Shown in pieces: positions 19,701 through 28,609 of a stretch of DNA of 63,417 nucleotides. Source of the DNA: Muribaculaceae bacterium (GTDB taxonomy: Bacteria; Bacteroidota; Bacteroidia; Bacteroidales; Muribaculaceae); assembly GCA_017424575.1 (NCBI GenBank), contig JAFOYQ010000134.1, forward strand, positions 1-63,417, written 5' to 3'. Position 1 is the stretch's first letter; the number at the start of each line of letters is the position of its first letter. The notes below the pieces were generated by a model. It was not told the DNA's origin and did no database searches. It saw only the letters and a list, made by a program, of their open reading frames with translations. The position numbers and the translations under genes are program-made.

Positions 19701-20784
19701 CTGTAGCTGTCATAGTCCATTTCCCAGCACCTTGACCAGGAACGAGTACATAAATACTTGCAGTATTGCCAGATACTTTTGCTTCAATAGCATGAAGGGT
19801 GTTCCCAGTATATGACATTGTAGAAAACGGAGTAAAAGTGTAAAGGGTTTTCCCTTCAGTAACATCATATAATGTGATTTGCGTATTGGATGAAGAATAT
19901 GCGAGGATTTCATGATTAGCCAATATAAACATTGTAGCACCTGTACCTGAAGTAGCTTTTATCCCTAAATTTGTCCAGGAAATTGATTTCTCATCGGCAG
20001 AAATTACACCTTTGAAAAAATTTTGGCCTTTAATGTCTAATAATACACAATTGTCTGAATATTGTTTTACTAGAGAGGTGTTGTTGTCAATAGTTATTCC
20101 TGATGGGAATGAATATTGTTGTTTAGATGTAGACTTCGATCCATTTGAAGCGGTAGTTATGGTTATACGTTCAATACCATTGTATTTATTATTTGTTGAA
20201 CCAGGAACGAACCATAGGTAACCTGTGCCATTTTTAATATCTCCATAAGCCGACATCTTGTCCGTGCGTCCTGAAATTGGTGTTGAAAATTTAATGCCAG
20301 TTTTATTTCCAGCAACAGGATTTGTATGGATTAAGTCATCACTACTCGGATTTGATGTGTAGTAAGCAACGGCTTCGACATTCTCAGTCCATGGCCAATC
20401 GCTAGGATTGCCACCAATCCTAGTTGCTGCAACTATTGTCCCTTTTGAATCAGATGCTGATGCAGCTCCCATATAATAGTATGATCCAGAGCCAACAGGG
20501 AATGCAGAAGAGCCACTCCCACCTGAAAAGGCTACTACTTTAGAAGATGAAAAGCGTAACCCTTTAGTATATGTAAGATATGTTCCATCACCTGTGTTTG
20601 AGATACTTGGAAATGCAAAGATATCATCTCCTGAGACTGCAATAGAATAATAATAGTCAGAATATGTTGTTTCTTCTTTACTCCATGCTTTTGAAGGAGC
20701 GCTAAAGGTATGAGCATTCGCGATAGGAGTGGCGATGAGAGTTGCCATTAAGAATGCAAAGATGTGTAGAAATCGTTGTTTCAT
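16783..20784 (-). CDS. Large secreted surface protein with Fn3-like repeats and a type IX secretion (Por) C-terminal sorting domain
   Basis: 1333 aa with signal peptide MKQRFLHIFAFLMATLIATPIANA. Three tandem Fn3-like modules (..VSWAKP...KY.V.YSSN.GSSWSTAVET.NL......L..G.Y.F.V.PYY) lie at roughly nt 18890-19700. The C-terminal VYPNPAQSEATIRS...LTSGVYVVSASGTTTRMIKK fits the T9SS CTD pattern. Confidence 0.85.
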   Translation of the reverse strand: MKQRFLHIFAFLMATLIATPIANAHTFSAPSKAWSKEETTYSDYYYSIAVSGDDIFAFPSISNTGDGTYLTYTKGLRFSSSKVVAFSGGSGSSAFPVGSGSYYYMGAASASDSKGTIVAATRIGGNPSDWPWTENVEAVAYYTSNPSSDDLIHTNPVAGNKTGIKFSTPISGRTDKMSAYGDIKNGTGYLWFVPGSTNNKYNGIERITITTASNGSKSTSKQQYSFPSGITIDNNTSLVKQYSDNCVLLDIKGQNFFKGVISADEKSISWTNLGIKATSGTGATMFILANHEILAYSSSNTQITLYDVTEGKTLYTFTPFSTMSYTGNTLHAIEAKVSGNTASIYVLVPGQGAGKWTMTATAYTNPVTSLKATRVSGTANNFTVSWAKPSAGIPTKYQVQYSSNSGSSWSTAVETTNLNYTYPNLAEGNYTFRVRPYYSCSSTWGEYAPPSGSVATLSDAVVSLNTSLDPATNNVTVSWAKPANTTPEKYRVSYSSNGGSSWSTAVETQNLSQSFSSLPAGSYIFKVAPYYNPYWGNDATVNLEIIDAVTNLKVSRQCYGEGGNSAMGTVDALVTWTGVTGKEYKVYYQTMRRDESGNRVYDNGGAWVELGTTTITSGTEGSYAHKNIQPGDGYDRIYNYKVAPYYSSTGAIGQETIIEGKGKTITAFYQSVPVDVALTQPTEERDGKKLYTFNLQLDIALNDNFSALRLEDNDAMALISKYAIVVDETAAKWLNGASNASEIGTFVQGPVTVVANNCNHYSVDGWYLEVDIEDLKPTDDLSKGTKSLTWRNVNPGIVYQPQVYAISSRAFNFTNAIATLANEPGAEAGKMVVPAPKWTLPNGNNVGITAVAGDFSSFVSNDHYPMGTFQKKGDITTPTNPITITEANTIGTIGATIEPIAIADEVIGTKNADGSYENWTWEIAYTFNLFEKNGDEWVWIRNSQKYGQISSDIETSSMYSNSQDLAFDLVGIPVGIEETTSPDGRSRLVYKPENNKEYKVVVETNYRRTVNEEQIHVVGVSETIIALNPDFETPEVDPNKYSGYLFLEQSTHWDEGNKDDEGNYINGGYYKHYYDAVMNITLKEFQEDYVKYLGYYANPSFTCIGHPTATSNKWTPYQAASILIDEHVVLYNKRNPSFELKQLGYTGSEDWSKLITKSGTFPLKVHYVWAGNEKINAVKDAEFEFELSANYPILVASTPEFRINKSLIDNKHELAPANPLSRATNYTLQMITAVNKDYKTLVMDDVVETQLTTGVEAVAFDKGVLMVYPNPAQSEATIRSTTVLGEVKIFTIDGQLVKEFESGETTAKFNVSDLTSGVYVVSASGTTTRMIKK

Positions 20785-20844
20785 ATAGATATAGTTTTAT
20801 GTTAAATCTGGATTGTTAGGATAGTATTTTTGTAATATAAATTG

Positions 20845-20852
20845 CAAATGTA
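20845..20852 (-). promoter_or_regulatory. -7 promoter box (TACATTTG on the - strand) for the T9SS cargo gene
   Basis: Exact TAnnTTTG, about 60 nt upstream of the ATG at 20784. Confidence 0.45.
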
Positions 20853-20924
20853 TGAAAATCAATCACAAAAACCAAATATTTGCTAAAAAATCAGCAAAAA
20901 AGTAGAATAATCGCCACAAGAACA

Positions 20925-21345
20925 AAAATAAAGACATAAGAACAGAAGAACAAAAGACTGACGCGTGGTTGTTTTTTAGACAGAATGACATAAAAACATA
21001 AAGCTAACGCAATGAAAATCAACAAAATAAACCTCTGTCATTCTGCACATTCTGTCCTTCTGTCCTATCTTCTTAGGCGTGGTGTTTTTTAGGTAGAATG
21101 CCAGAATGAACATAAAAGGCTGACGCATGGGTTATTATAGACAAAATAAAAAATCTGTACTTATGTACTTATGTCAAAAATAAAGACATAAGAACAGAAG
21201 AACAAAAGGCTGACGCGTGGTTGTTTTTTAGACAGAATGACATAAAAACATAAAGCTAACGCAATGAAATTCAATAAAATAAACCTCTGCCATTCTGCAC
21301 ATTATGTCTTTCTGTCCTCTCTTCCCCAGGCGTAGAGGTTTTTAG
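20925..21345. repeat. Repeat locus 3: two E+A unit pairs (20925-21091 and 21176-21343) separated by a truncated B/C-like unit (21092-21135)
   Basis: A heads lie at 20979 and 21231. The E segment AAAATAAAGACATAAGAACAGAAGAACAAAAG(A/G)CTGACGCGTGGTTGTTTTTTA occurs twice. A variant head GGTAGAATGCCAGAATGAACAT lies at 21092. Confidence 0.85.
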
Positions 21346-21430
21346 GCGGAAATTATAGTGTAAATGGCTTAAAAAAGTGTTGTTAGGGATTTTTATCTAT
21401 TTCGGTTCTTGATATTAGCGGCATTTTGAT

Positions 21431-21438
21431 TAATTTTG
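21431..21438 (+). promoter_or_regulatory. -7 promoter box (TAATTTTG) for the acyltransferase gene
   Basis: Exact TAnnTTTG, 24 nt upstream of the ATG at 21462. It lies inside the longer ORF-track reading frame, which argues for the 21462 start. Confidence 0.45.
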
Positions 21439-21461
21439 TAGGATATTTTATTGATATAGAT

Positions 21462-22307
21462 ATGAGTCAACAAGATACACCTATAAAACGCACGGTTCTC
21501 GACTATGACGACATCTCGCAGATGGTGCCCTGGTTTAAGGGTAAGGAGAAGTTGGTGAACAGGTTGCTTAAGTTTTTGTCGGTTGATAAAGTGAATTGGC
21601 TTCACGATCACAACTGCGACACAGTGGGGTGTGAGTTTACCACAGGCTTGTTGACCGACCTTGAATTGACATTACGTATTGATAACGAGCAGGTTCTCGA
21701 CCGTTTTCCCGAGGGAGCTTTTGTTACGGTGAGTAATCACCCCTTTGGCGCGCTTGATGGGATTTCGCTTATCAATATTGTGGGGCGACGTCGTCCACAA
21801 TTTAAGGTGATGGTAAACATGGTGTTGAATTATATCACAGCAATGCGTCCAAGTTTTATTGCTGTTGATGCGTTGGCGAGCGACGACCCCAAGAAAAAGG
21901 CGGTGTCGATGTTGGGCATCAAAAATGCAATAAAACAGGTGAGAAGTGGCGAGCCTATGGGCTTTTTCCCTGCTGGGGCTGTGTCGAAGGTGAATTTCAA
22001 AGGTCAACTTGAAGACCGTGAATGGCAGCCTACGATTATACGCCTCATTCAGCAGATGAATGTGCCTGTCATACCTATTTATTTTCACGGAAGAAATAGT
22101 TGGTGGTTTGACTTCTTGGGAGTGGTGTGTTGGCAACTACGCACATTGCGATTGCCTGCCGAGGTGTTTCGCAAAAAGGGGACAACGTTACATATATCAA
22201 TAGGAGAACCCATCTCGGTTGAGGAGCAGAAGATGCACTCGGCAACGGTTGAGGAGTTGGGTAAATTTTTGAAAATGAAAACTTACGAATTACGCAAATG
22301 GAAATAA
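21462..22307 (+). CDS. Lysophospholipid (PlsC/LPLAT-family) acyltransferase
   Basis: HX4D acyltransferase motif in SNHPFGALDG, and FPAGAVS block III. The start was chosen at MSQQDTP. Confidence 0.8.
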   Translation: MSQQDTPIKRTVLDYDDISQMVPWFKGKEKLVNRLLKFLSVDKVNWLHDHNCDTVGCEFTTGLLTDLELTLRIDNEQVLDRFPEGAFVTVSNHPFGALDGISLINIVGRRRPQFKVMVNMVLNYITAMRPSFIAVDALASDDPKKKAVSMLGIKNAIKQVRSGEPMGFFPAGAVSKVNFKGQLEDREWQPTIIRLIQQMNVPVIPIYFHGRNSWWFDFLGVVCWQLRTLRLPAEVFRKKGTTLHISIGEPISVEEQKMHSATVEELGKFLKMKTYELRKWK

Positions 22308-23527
22308 ATCCAGCCTTGATAACTGAAACAAAATCCCGTTTTGGGATTGTAGGCAATTCGCCTGCTCTTATGGCTGCCGTGACTCGAGCAATACAGGTGG
22401 CGCCTATCGACTTGTCGGTGTTAATCATCGGTGAGAGTGGTAGTGGTAAAGAGTTTTTTCCAAAAATTATTCACAACTATGGGGCGCGCAAGCATAGCAA
22501 ATATATTGCTGTAAACTGTGGTGCGATACCTGAGGGTACAATCGACTCAGAACTATTTGGCCATGAAAAGGGGTCGTTTACGGGGGCTGTATCATCGCGT
22601 AAGGGCTACTTTGAGGAGGCTGATGGTGGCACAATCTTCCTTGATGAGGTGGCCGAACTGCCATTAACCACACAGGCGAGACTATTGCGTGTGCTTGAAA
22701 GTGGCGAATTTCTAAAAGTAGGTTCATCGACAGTGCAAAAGACTAATATTCGCATCGTAGCTGCCACAAATGTCGATATGCTCAAGGCTGTTGAAGAGGG
22801 GCGTTTTCGTGAAGACCTTTACTACCGATTATCGACAGTGTTAATTACTATTCCACCACTTCGCGATCGTGGTAGTGATATAGCATTGTTGGCACGCAAA
22901 TTTGCAGCAGATTTTGCCGAAAAATACCGCACCGAAGCGATAACATTCGACGACTCGGCTCGTAGCCTAATTATGCAATATCGTTGGCCAGGAAATGTGC
23001 GCCAATTGAAGAATGTGGTAGAGCAAGTATCACTATTTGAAGAGGGGAATGTTGTAACTGCCGATGCGATAGCACCATATATGCCACAAAATGCAACGGT
23101 CTATTCGCCTACATTGTCTCAGGCCAAAGCGTCGGCCCACTCTTATGAAAATGAGCGCGAGGCATTGTTTAGCATGATATTCCGTCTTCAACGAGAGATT
23201 GAAACCCTCAAAAATATAGTGATGGGTGGCACAGCGTCGCAACCATTGCTCGACACTCGCTCAAATGTGGCTCCTGTGGATTCATCGATAGTGAGATACA
23301 CAGGTTATGAAAATGGATATCCACAAGATGATGAGTATGAGGCTAATGATGTGAGTGAAGTGGAGAGCCAAGAGATTTCATCGTCAATGACGCTTGAGGA
23401 CACCGAACGCGAAACCATTCGCCGCTCGCTTGAACGCAATGGAGGACGTCGCAGGGCTACGGCTCAAGAATTGAATATCTCAGAGCGCACACTCTATCGC
23501 AAAATTAGAGAGTATGGTCTTGAATAA
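22298..23527 (+). CDS. Sigma-54-dependent transcriptional activator (AAA+ domain plus Fis-type HTH, no receiver domain)
   Basis: Walker A GESGSGKE, SELFGHEKGSFTGAV, the GAFTGA-equivalent region, and C-terminal HTH ATAQELNISERTLYRKIREYGL. It overlaps the upstream gene by 10 nt. Confidence 0.9.
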   Translation: MEINPALITETKSRFGIVGNSPALMAAVTRAIQVAPIDLSVLIIGESGSGKEFFPKIIHNYGARKHSKYIAVNCGAIPEGTIDSELFGHEKGSFTGAVSSRKGYFEEADGGTIFLDEVAELPLTTQARLLRVLESGEFLKVGSSTVQKTNIRIVAATNVDMLKAVEEGRFREDLYYRLSTVLITIPPLRDRGSDIALLARKFAADFAEKYRTEAITFDDSARSLIMQYRWPGNVRQLKNVVEQVSLFEEGNVVTADAIAPYMPQNATVYSPTLSQAKASAHSYENEREALFSMIFRLQREIETLKNIVMGGTASQPLLDTRSNVAPVDSSIVRYTGYENGYPQDDEYEANDVSEVESQEISSSMTLEDTERETIRRSLERNGGRRRATAQELNISERTLYRKIREYGLE

Positions 23528-23550
23528 TAGCATATAAACAGTGTGAAAAG

Positions 23551-24066
23551 ATGAAATCAACATTGCTAAAAATAGTAGTTGCATTGCTCATGGTATTTAC
23601 ATGGCAGAGTTGTCGCATAAGTTACAAGTTTAATGGGGCTGCTCTCGACTACAATGTGTATAAGACCATTTCGGTATCGGAATTCCCTATTAGAGCGGCG
23701 TTGGTGTATCCACCATTGCAACAAACATTTGAAAACGAACTGCTTGACTATATCACTCGCAACACCCGATTGCGCACTGTCGATGGCAATAGCGACCTTG
23801 AAATGTCGGGCGAAATTACTGGTTATACACTCACACCACAGGCTGTGACCGAAGATGCCTATGCTTCACGAACTCGTTTGACTATATCGGTGAGGGTGAA
23901 ATATACCGATAATCGTGCCGAAGGGAAGGATATTGACCAAACATTCTCGGCATATCGCGATTTTGATAGTTCAGAGATGTTGACCGATGTGCAAGATGAG
24001 TTGTGTCAACAGATTGCCGAAGAACTTGTTGACTTGATATTTAACGCCACGCTCGGGAACTGGTAA
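23551..24066 (+). CDS. lptE: LptE-family LPS-assembly lipoprotein
   Basis: 171 aa with a lipoprotein signal peptide ending in Cys (FTWQSC). Sequence and position (sigma54 activator - LptE - hypothetical - SecG) are typical of Bacteroidota. Confidence 0.7.
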   Translation: MKSTLLKIVVALLMVFTWQSCRISYKFNGAALDYNVYKTISVSEFPIRAALVYPPLQQTFENELLDYITRNTRLRTVDGNSDLEMSGEITGYTLTPQAVTEDAYASRTRLTISVRVKYTDNRAEGKDIDQTFSAYRDFDSSEMLTDVQDELCQQIAEELVDLIFNATLGNW

Positions 24067-24093
24067 GGAAGCTTTCCAAAATAAAAAAGATTA

Positions 24094-24900
24094 ATGATGT
24101 CGTTACAAGAAAACATATTATCACTGCTCAACGATGAGGCAAAAATCGTTGATGCGCAATGGGTTGAGGAGATGCAACAGCGTTACCCCTACTTCTCGTT
24201 GCCAGCGATGTTGATGCTCAAACGCAATGGTGAGATTGATAGCGAGTTGCGCCAAAAACTTGCGCAAAACCTTGCATTGAATGCTTCTGATCGCGACGCC
24301 CTATCGCTCGTGGTTGATGTTGATGGTGACTATTGGGCACACTTCTATCCACAAGAGGAGCGTCAACCACAGGTATCGACCAACGATGCAATCAGCACAT
24401 TCCTTGATAATTATGGCACCAATGACCCCAAAGAAGATGAGCTGCTTGAACGACTTATATTTAACCCTACTCCCGACTATGCTCAACTCCTTGCAAGCGA
24501 GGAGGAACGCAGTGTACCTGAAAATGTTGACCTCTCCGACCCCGACTCGCAAGACTCGCTTATCAATGCCTTTATTCTCAAAAGTCGTGAGCATCAAGGC
24601 CATTTTCCTGCGATAAACGAGGAATTAGCACTCGACAAAAAAGAGGAACCACAAGAGGTTGACACCACACCAGTGTCGCAACCCGAAGAACGTGCCGACG
24701 ACTCAATGTTGAGCGAAAGTTTGGCAAAAATCTATATCAAACAACGAAAATATTCAAAGGCGTATGAAATTATACGCAATTTAAGTTTGAATTTTCCAGA
24801 AAAAAGTATTTACTTTGCAGACCAATTGCGTTTTTTGCAGAAATTAATGTTAAATCAGCGTTATCTTGATGCAAAAAAGGCAGAAAATAATAAAAATTAA
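24094..24900 (+). CDS. Conserved hypothetical protein (acidic, with a TPR-like C-terminus)
   Basis: 268-aa ORF with coding-like composition. It occupies the conserved slot between lptE and secG. Confidence 0.65.
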   Translation: MMSLQENILSLLNDEAKIVDAQWVEEMQQRYPYFSLPAMLMLKRNGEIDSELRQKLAQNLALNASDRDALSLVVDVDGDYWAHFYPQEERQPQVSTNDAISTFLDNYGTNDPKEDELLERLIFNPTPDYAQLLASEEERSVPENVDLSDPDSQDSLINAFILKSREHQGHFPAINEELALDKKEEPQEVDTTPVSQPEERADDSMLSESLAKIYIKQRKYSKAYEIIRNLSLNFPEKSIYFADQLRFLQKLMLNQRYLDAKKAENNKN

Positions 24901-24915
24901 ATCAACTTTTAAGAT

Positions 24916-25275
24916 ATGGACATTTTAATTATTGTATTGTCAGTTATTGTATCACTCCTTTTGATAGGGGTAGTGCTTATTCAAAAATCTAAAGGTGGAG
25001 GTCTTTCTTCATCATTTGCAGGTTCAAACCAAATTATGGGTGTGCGCCGCACAACTGATTTCGTTGAAAAAGCAACATGGACACTCGCATCAATCATCTG
25101 CATTTTGGCTATCGTTTCAGCTTTCGTTATGACTGATGTAAACAAGAGCAGCGAAACTCTCAAAACTCTTGACCATGTAACTGCTCCTGTTGAAGCTCAA
25201 GGTCAATATGAGACTGAAGCTCAACCTGCTGAAGCTCCTGCTGCAGCAGAGCAACCAGCTGCTACTCAAGAGTAA
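24916..25275 (+). CDS. secG: Preprotein translocase subunit SecG
   Basis: Two TM segments and the LIQKSKGGGLSSSFAG motif. Confidence 0.9.
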   Translation: MDILIIVLSVIVSLLLIGVVLIQKSKGGGLSSSFAGSNQIMGVRRTTDFVEKATWTLASIICILAIVSAFVMTDVNKSSETLKTLDHVTAPVEAQGQYETEAQPAEAPAAAEQPAATQE

Positions 25276-25373
25276 GATATCTTCTCCACATGATTGTGGA
25301 GTGACGCAATAGATAAAGAAATACAGGGAGTGTCGTAATGATGCTCCCTTGACTCGTTAATAAAAAAGGTGAC

Positions 25374-25919
25374 ATGAAAATTGCTGTATATTGCTCTTCG
25401 CGCGAAAAGATTGATGCACAATATAAAGAGTGGGCAAAGATGGTAGGAGAGTGCATTGGGACTCATGGCGCAACGCTGATTTATGGAGGAGTTGACCGTG
25501 GGTTGATGAGCATTGTGTCGCAAGGAGTGCGCGATGCTGGTGGTCGCACTGTGGGCATTGTGCCTCGTCTGCGTCAAGAGGTGCGAAATGTGCTTGATGA
25601 TGAGATGATTGCAGTAGATGACTTGAATGAGCGCAAAGCATTGATGCTCTCAATGAGCGACCTGTTTATAGTGTTGCCTGGGGGATATGGCACTCTCGAT
25701 GAATTTATCTCTACCTACACCTCCCTCACATTTGCGCAAGATGACACCAAACAGATAATTGTCCTCAACCAAAATCATATATACGACGCTACAATGGAGC
25801 AATTTCAAAAGATGATTGATGAGGGAATGATGGAAATAGAATTATTGCAACGAGTGAAAGTGGCAACTACTGCCCAAGAGTGTTGCTCGTTGATAACACA
25901 GTTTATATCAAAAGATTAA
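25374..25919 (+). CDS. LOG-family (TIGR00730) nucleotide phosphoribohydrolase
   Basis: 181 aa with GGVDRGLM and PGGYGTLDE motifs. Confidence 0.85.
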   Translation: MKIAVYCSSREKIDAQYKEWAKMVGECIGTHGATLIYGGVDRGLMSIVSQGVRDAGGRTVGIVPRLRQEVRNVLDDEMIAVDDLNERKALMLSMSDLFIVLPGGYGTLDEFISTYTSLTFAQDDTKQIIVLNQNHIYDATMEQFQKMIDEGMMEIELLQRVKVATTAQECCSLITQFISKD

Positions 25920-25921
25920 CC

Positions 25922-26482
25922 ATGGAAAAGAGTATTGTTTACACTTGCACAGGCGATGCTGGCACAACCTCTCTCGTGGGGGGTAAGCGAGTAAAGAAAA
26001 ACGACATTCGCATTGAGGCTTATGGCACAGTAGATGAACTAAGCGCTCACTTAGGCTTGCTTTCGTCGCATCAAATGGAGTTGTTGCAAAACGAGATAAT
26101 AGAAACCATACAAAATAAACTATTCAACATAGGCGCATACCTCGCAACCGAAGCTCCCGATGGGGAAGAGCCCAAGGCGTGGGGGCTTAATGAGAAGGAT
26201 CTCAAATTGCTTGAAAATGCAATAGATGTGGTGGATAATGAGTTGCCCAAGGTGAAGAACTTTGTGTTGCCTGGGGGTAGCATCGCTTCATCGCGAGCGC
26301 AAGTGGCGCGCACGGTGTGCCGTCGTGCCGAACGTCGCATTATCGACTTGACCGAGGTGGCTTATGTCGACCCCCTTGTGTTGAAATATATCAATCGATT
26401 AAGTGATTATTTGTTCGTTTTGGCGCGATTTATCAATGTTTCGGCACAAATTGAAGAAAAATTTTGGAAGAAAGATTGGTAG
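25922..26482 (+). CDS. PduO-type ATP:cob(I)alamin adenosyltransferase
   Basis: YTCTGDAGTTSL...RIEAYGTVDELSAHLG. The start was set to the ATG at 25922, immediately after the LOG stop. Confidence 0.88.
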   Translation: MEKSIVYTCTGDAGTTSLVGGKRVKKNDIRIEAYGTVDELSAHLGLLSSHQMELLQNEIIETIQNKLFNIGAYLATEAPDGEEPKAWGLNEKDLKLLENAIDVVDNELPKVKNFVLPGGSIASSRAQVARTVCRRAERRIIDLTEVAYVDPLVLKYINRLSDYLFVLARFINVSAQIEEKFWKKDW

Positions 26483-26497
26483 TTATAATAAAATGAC

Positions 26498-26505
26498 TAA
26501 TTTTG
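26498..26505 (+). promoter_or_regulatory. -7 promoter box (TAATTTTG) for the DUF2795 gene
   Basis: Exact TAnnTTTG, 52 nt upstream of the ATG. Confidence 0.45.
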
Positions 26506-26556
26506 CGGCACTTTTTAGAAATAAGTAATATTAATAACCAAAAAATATAAAACACT

Positions 26557-26778
26557 ATGTATTGGACACTTGAATTGGCATCAAAACTTGAAGATGCACC
26601 ATGGCCTGCAACAAAAGAAGAACTTATTGACTATGCAATGCGTTCAGGCTCACCACTCGAAGTAATCGAAAACCTTCAAGAAATGGAAGATGAAGGCGAA
26701 ACATACGAATGTATCGAAGACATTTGGCCCGACTATCCAAGCAAAGAAGATTTCTTCTTTAACGAAGAAGAATACTAA
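26557..26778 (+). CDS. DUF2795-like small protein
   Basis: 73 aa. WPATKEELIDYAMRSGSPLEVIENLQ resembles DUF2795. The gene has its own promoter box and terminator. Confidence 0.7.
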   Translation: MYWTLELASKLEDAPWPATKEELIDYAMRSGSPLEVIENLQEMEDEGETYECIEDIWPDYPSKEDFFFNEEEY

Positions 26779-26803
26779 TCGCAAATCACAGATTTGAAGA
26801 TAC

Positions 26804-26844
26804 AAGAAACGATTGATTGCAATGCAGTCAATCGTTTCTTTTGT
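26804..26844 (+). terminator. Intrinsic terminator after the DUF2795 gene
   Basis: Perfect 13-bp stem AAGAAACGATTGA / TCAATCGTTTCTT with an 11-nt loop, followed by TTGTG (T-run partly within the stem). Confidence 0.7.
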
Positions 26845-26869
26845 GTATATACTACCTAAGGAATGTTTA

Positions 26870-27898
26870 TTATATAAACCACTTGTTTACGAATGGAATT
26901 CGTTTTAGTATGATGACGATGATATATGATATGGCAAACACGATAATGCTATATAGTGGGGTGAAGTATGTGGCGCTATAGGAGTCGGATTTGAGACCAA
27001 GATCTGACAAGATGTACATCACAAGTATATGTACGATGTATATTCCCAATACACAACCCGATAGACTGCTAAAGCGATGGCTGAATTTCGCTATTTTAGA
27101 ACTACTAATGAATAGCATAAAAACTGCCATGGCTTCGAGTGTGGTGCAGATAAACTCATTCCCCAAAAATGAGGCGAAAGGTTTGCCGTCAATGCCAGTG
27201 ACATATCGAGTGAGCATCATAACGATAAGCGGAGATATTGCCCCTAAGGTGTATAAAATATGACGGTGGCATTTTGTAATTGGGTATTCGATAAAATAGT
27301 GGCCTACAACAAAATAAAAGGAGTAGGTGGAGATTAGTTGCACATTGAATTGGGAGTAATAATTAATTAATGACATTTTTAGTTTGGGGTTAGAGATGCC
27401 GATAATGTCAAAAGTTGATGGGGCTACTATCCCTAAAATGAATGTGGCAATTAAAAACCATTGCTCAAATTTCTTCTTTGAAACGATGTATTTGAATATC
27501 GGGATAGCGATATATAGTCCGATTAATGCTTTTAAGTACCAAAAGTGGTGAGGGCCATTAAGAGCATCGAAAAGGGTATATTTCTCATTGCCAGTGATAA
27601 GTGCGTAGGCAGCGTATATTGCCGACCAAAAGAGGAAAATGGCAATGATGCGAAGAATGTTTTTGGAGTATAATCGTTTTATATTTAATGGTTTGCTTTT
27701 TCGCAAGAATAGCGCTCCCGAAATCATGATAAATACAGCAACATTCCATCGCGAAATGGCTTCATATACATTTGCCATCTCCCAGTCGGTTGACGGATAT
27801 GAGCATAAAAAAGGTACTACAGATGCGTGTAGCAATAAAACCGAGAAAATAGCAAAAACTCTAAGGCTATCAAAAGCAATGATTTTATCTTGTGACAT
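26870..27898 (-). CDS. Acyltransferase family 3 (integral-membrane O-acyltransferase)
   Basis: 342 aa, about 10 predicted TM segments, with the N-terminal FDSLRVFAIFSVLLLH motif. Local GC is about 30-35% in hand-counted 60-nt samples. Confidence 0.85.
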   Translation of the reverse strand: MSQDKIIAFDSLRVFAIFSVLLLHASVVPFLCSYPSTDWEMANVYEAISRWNVAVFIMISGALFLRKSKPLNIKRLYSKNILRIIAIFLFWSAIYAAYALITGNEKYTLFDALNGPHHFWYLKALIGLYIAIPIFKYIVSKKKFEQWFLIATFILGIVAPSTFDIIGISNPKLKMSLINYYSQFNVQLISTYSFYFVVGHYFIEYPITKCHRHILYTLGAISPLIVMMLTRYVTGIDGKPFASFLGNEFICTTLEAMAVFMLFISSSKIAKFSHRFSSLSGCVLGIYIVHILVMYILSDLGLKSDSYSATYFTPLYSIIVFAISYIIVIILKRIPFVNKWFI

Positions 27899-28020
27899 AG
27901 TTTTTTATTGTGTACTGAATATTATGCAAATATATGAAATATATAGGATAAATTGGGTAGTGATTGAGTATTATTAACGAATTTATGTTAATCGTAGATG
28001 GTATTCATTGATTAAAGTGT

Positions 28021-28028
28021 TATATTTG
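28021..28028 (+). promoter_or_regulatory. -7 promoter box (TATATTTG)
   Basis: Exact TAnnTTTG, 27 nt upstream of the ATG at 28055. Confidence 0.45.
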
Positions 28029-28054
28029 CGATATAATTAAATTAAAAATACAGA

Positions 28055-28609
28055 ATGATGAAAAGACTTGTTTTAACACTATGTTTAGTGTGTGCTGTAG
28101 TAATGGGCGCAATGGCAAATGACTTGGCAACATTTGAGGTGTCGGGTAAGGTGCAATCAATTACTGGTTGGAATCCATTTGTGGGTTATGTGGGGAACTT
28201 TAACTTTTCTGCCACTGGCAAACTTATTCCTAAGGGGGGACTTAAAGTGAAGCGTAACCAACAAGGTAAAATCGTGAAAGTGAGCAAGTATGATGCTGAT
28301 TATTGCATAGATTTGTTTACTGAGATAAAATACGATGCCAAAGGTCGAGTGAAAGAATGTAAGGTGCAAGGTCTTGAAGAATCATGGATAGGAAAATATG
28401 AATATGATGCAAAAGGGCTTGTGGTAAAGATTACCAAGAGAGGTTGGTGTGATGGAGAAGAATTTGAAGATGTTGAAACCTTTGAATATAAAAAAATTGA
28501 CGCAAAAGGTAATTGGACAAGACGTGTACTCACCTCAAAGAGCGTTACTGATCCCAACTCTAAGCCTTATGTAGCTGAAGAGAATCGTAGAATAGGATAC
28601 TACAAATAA
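28055..28609 (+). CDS. Hypothetical secreted protein
   Basis: 184 aa with a signal peptide. Contains repeated KYDAKGRV / YEYDAKGLV (YD-like) motifs. Confidence 0.6.
   Translation: MMKRLVLTLCLVCAVVMGAMANDLATFEVSGKVQSITGWNPFVGYVGNFNFSATGKLIPKGGLKVKRNQQGKIVKVSKYDADYCIDLFTEIKYDAKGRVKECKVQGLEESWIGKYEYDAKGLVVKITKRGWCDGEEFEDVETFEYKKIDAKGNWTRRVLTSKSVTDPNSKPYVAEENRRIGYYK

Noticed and set aside
22298-23527. The receiver-less sigma-54 activator as an orphan or novel regulator.
   Set aside because: To my knowledge, the arrangement of activator, LptE, hypothetical protein and SecG is a conserved housekeeping block in Bacteroidota. Nothing here is unusual apart from the 10-nt overlap with the upstream acyltransferase gene.
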